Below, one piece after another: positions 31,249-32,000 of a DNA stretch of 32,000 bases. The stretch spans positions 1,140,001-1,172,000 of the forward strand of contig JBDHVY010000001.1 of NCBI GenBank assembly GCA_039809905.1, read 5' to 3'. Position 1 is the first letter of the stretch, and each line of letters starts with the position of its first letter. Position numbers and translations under genes: made by a program. This DNA is from Candidatus Babelota bacterium. GTDB lineage: Bacteria; Babelota; Babeliae; Babelales; Vermiphilaceae. The notes beneath the pieces were generated by a model. The model made no database searches, was not told where the DNA came from, and was given only the letters and a program-made list of their open reading frames with translations.

Positions 31249-32000
31249 TTACATTTTCAGGTAATTGGGCATGTGCTGAATTATATAAAGTGCAGAAAGG
31301 GCTAATATATTTCCAGATGTTCTCAAAGAAGATCCCGTATAAAAATTTTTCCATCCATGTTGATTTATTGTTTTTAGAAAAACATCAAGTGGTCCTTGAT
31401 AATGTTTTTTTTCTATATCAGCATGCAATTTAGTTGCCATAACCCTCAACGGTTGTGTTGTTGCAGTCAGAAGGATTGAAGAAAAACAAGCGCTTGATGC
31501 AAAAGCTGCTGCACAGTTATCACAATAATGATTGATGTAATTTTTGATAAATGGCAATCCATTGGTATATGTTGTTGCAAATAGTATTGCTTGGAATGTT
31601 GTAGGGACTATGCCACGACTCAGGCTTTTATAGCGATGAGGAAAATTATTGATAATAGTGCGCACTGGTAATCCAGTATTTTGTTTATGGACTGCTAATA
31701 ATCCTGAAGCATTAGAAAAAGGAGCTGAAGACGCACCAGCAAGAATTGCTGCAAGAGTAGTTTTTTCGTTAGGATCTTTGTTGTTATCTGAGCACCCAAT
31801 GATGTTGTTTATTAATTTATATATAGCTGTTTGCAAAGCAATAACAGGAATATTGTTAGCAGCAAGAATAGTGTATCCTCTAAAGCAATGATGTATATTG
31901 TTCATTTTTATTTTTATTTCTAATCCTTGAGCTTTTTGTGATTGCGCATAATGGAATGGCATATAGAGAAATGTAGCGAGTAAACTACTTGTTCCACCAA
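31249..32000 (-). CDS. Mitochondrial carrier family (MCF/SLC25-like) protein; N-terminus lies beyond the window end
   Basis: The frame stays open upstream of the track ATG 31962 to the window edge (GGTSSLLATFLY-MPFHY...). Three carrier-like repeats are visible. Repeat 1: PFHYAQSQKAQ ... CFRGYTILAANNIPVIALQTAIY. Repeat 2: APFSNASGLLAVHKQ ... LSRGIVPTTFQAILFATTY. Repeat 3: QPLRVMATKLHADIEKKHYQGPLDVFLKTINQHGWKNFYTGSSLRTSGNILALSALYIIQ. The carrier pattern is P.[DE]..[KR].[KR] ... G....[FY][KR]G. Confidence 0.7.
   Translation of the reverse strand, partial: GGTSSLLATFLYMPFHYAQSQKAQGLEIKIKMNNIHHCFRGYTILAANNIPVIALQTAIYKLINNIIGCSDNNKDPNEKTTLAAILAGASSAPFSNASGLLAVHKQNTGLPVRTIINNFPHRYKSLSRGIVPTTFQAILFATTYTNGLPFIKNYINHYCDNCAAAFASSACFSSILLTATTQPLRVMATKLHADIEKKHYQGPLDVFLKTINQHGWKNFYTGSSLRTSGNILALSALYIIQHMPNYLKM

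Noticed and set aside
1-32000. I looked for CRISPR arrays, IS elements with terminal inverted repeats, toxin-antitoxin pairs and recognisable defence genes.
   Set aside because: No regularly spaced direct repeats, transposase-like ORFs or small two-gene cassettes were seen. The only repeats are the 38-nt hairpin element, the array intergenic module and the paralogous genes themselves.

Overview
This is a visibly AT-rich bacterial chromosome segment. All calls come from reading the sequence and the ORF track by eye, with no similarity search, so family names are from memory. There is no rRNA to place the organism. The gene content suggests a host-associated or intracellular lineage, but this is inference.

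Housekeeping genes: ftsK, murF, rsmH, spoVG, tRNA-Gln(UUG), maf, a small cytidylyltransferase-fold gene, an HspR-like MerR regulator with htpX and an unknown ORF, and a GH3 NagZ-like hydrolase.

Accessory content dominates the window:
1. Four paralogs of a large outer-membrane beta-barrel family lie at 1-1413 (partial), 3230-5065, 5345-7366 and 28348-30045. One of them is strikingly Cys-rich.
2. An 11.6-kb same-strand tandem array (13420-25061) holds eight intact members and one internally deleted member of a gene family I cannot name. The proteins carry an N-terminal leader, a divergent WD40/PD40-like propeller and a short box at the extreme C-terminus (LP[KR]DIV..LIF..L). The box resembles F-box helix 1 or a SOCS box. 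The array also shows tail swapping, deletion and capture of the maf leader.
3. Eukaryote-like proteins are present: a mitochondrial-carrier-family protein at the 3' window edge and a PI-PLC X-domain-like phosphodiesterase with a leader.
4. A SAM methyltransferase and a GNAT acetyltransferase both carry N-terminal hydrophobic leaders.
5. A conserved hairpin repeat of about 38 nt occurs five times in intergenic DNA, and an intergenic module of about 65-125 bp occurs three times inside the array.

I saw no CRISPR array, transposase or integrase.
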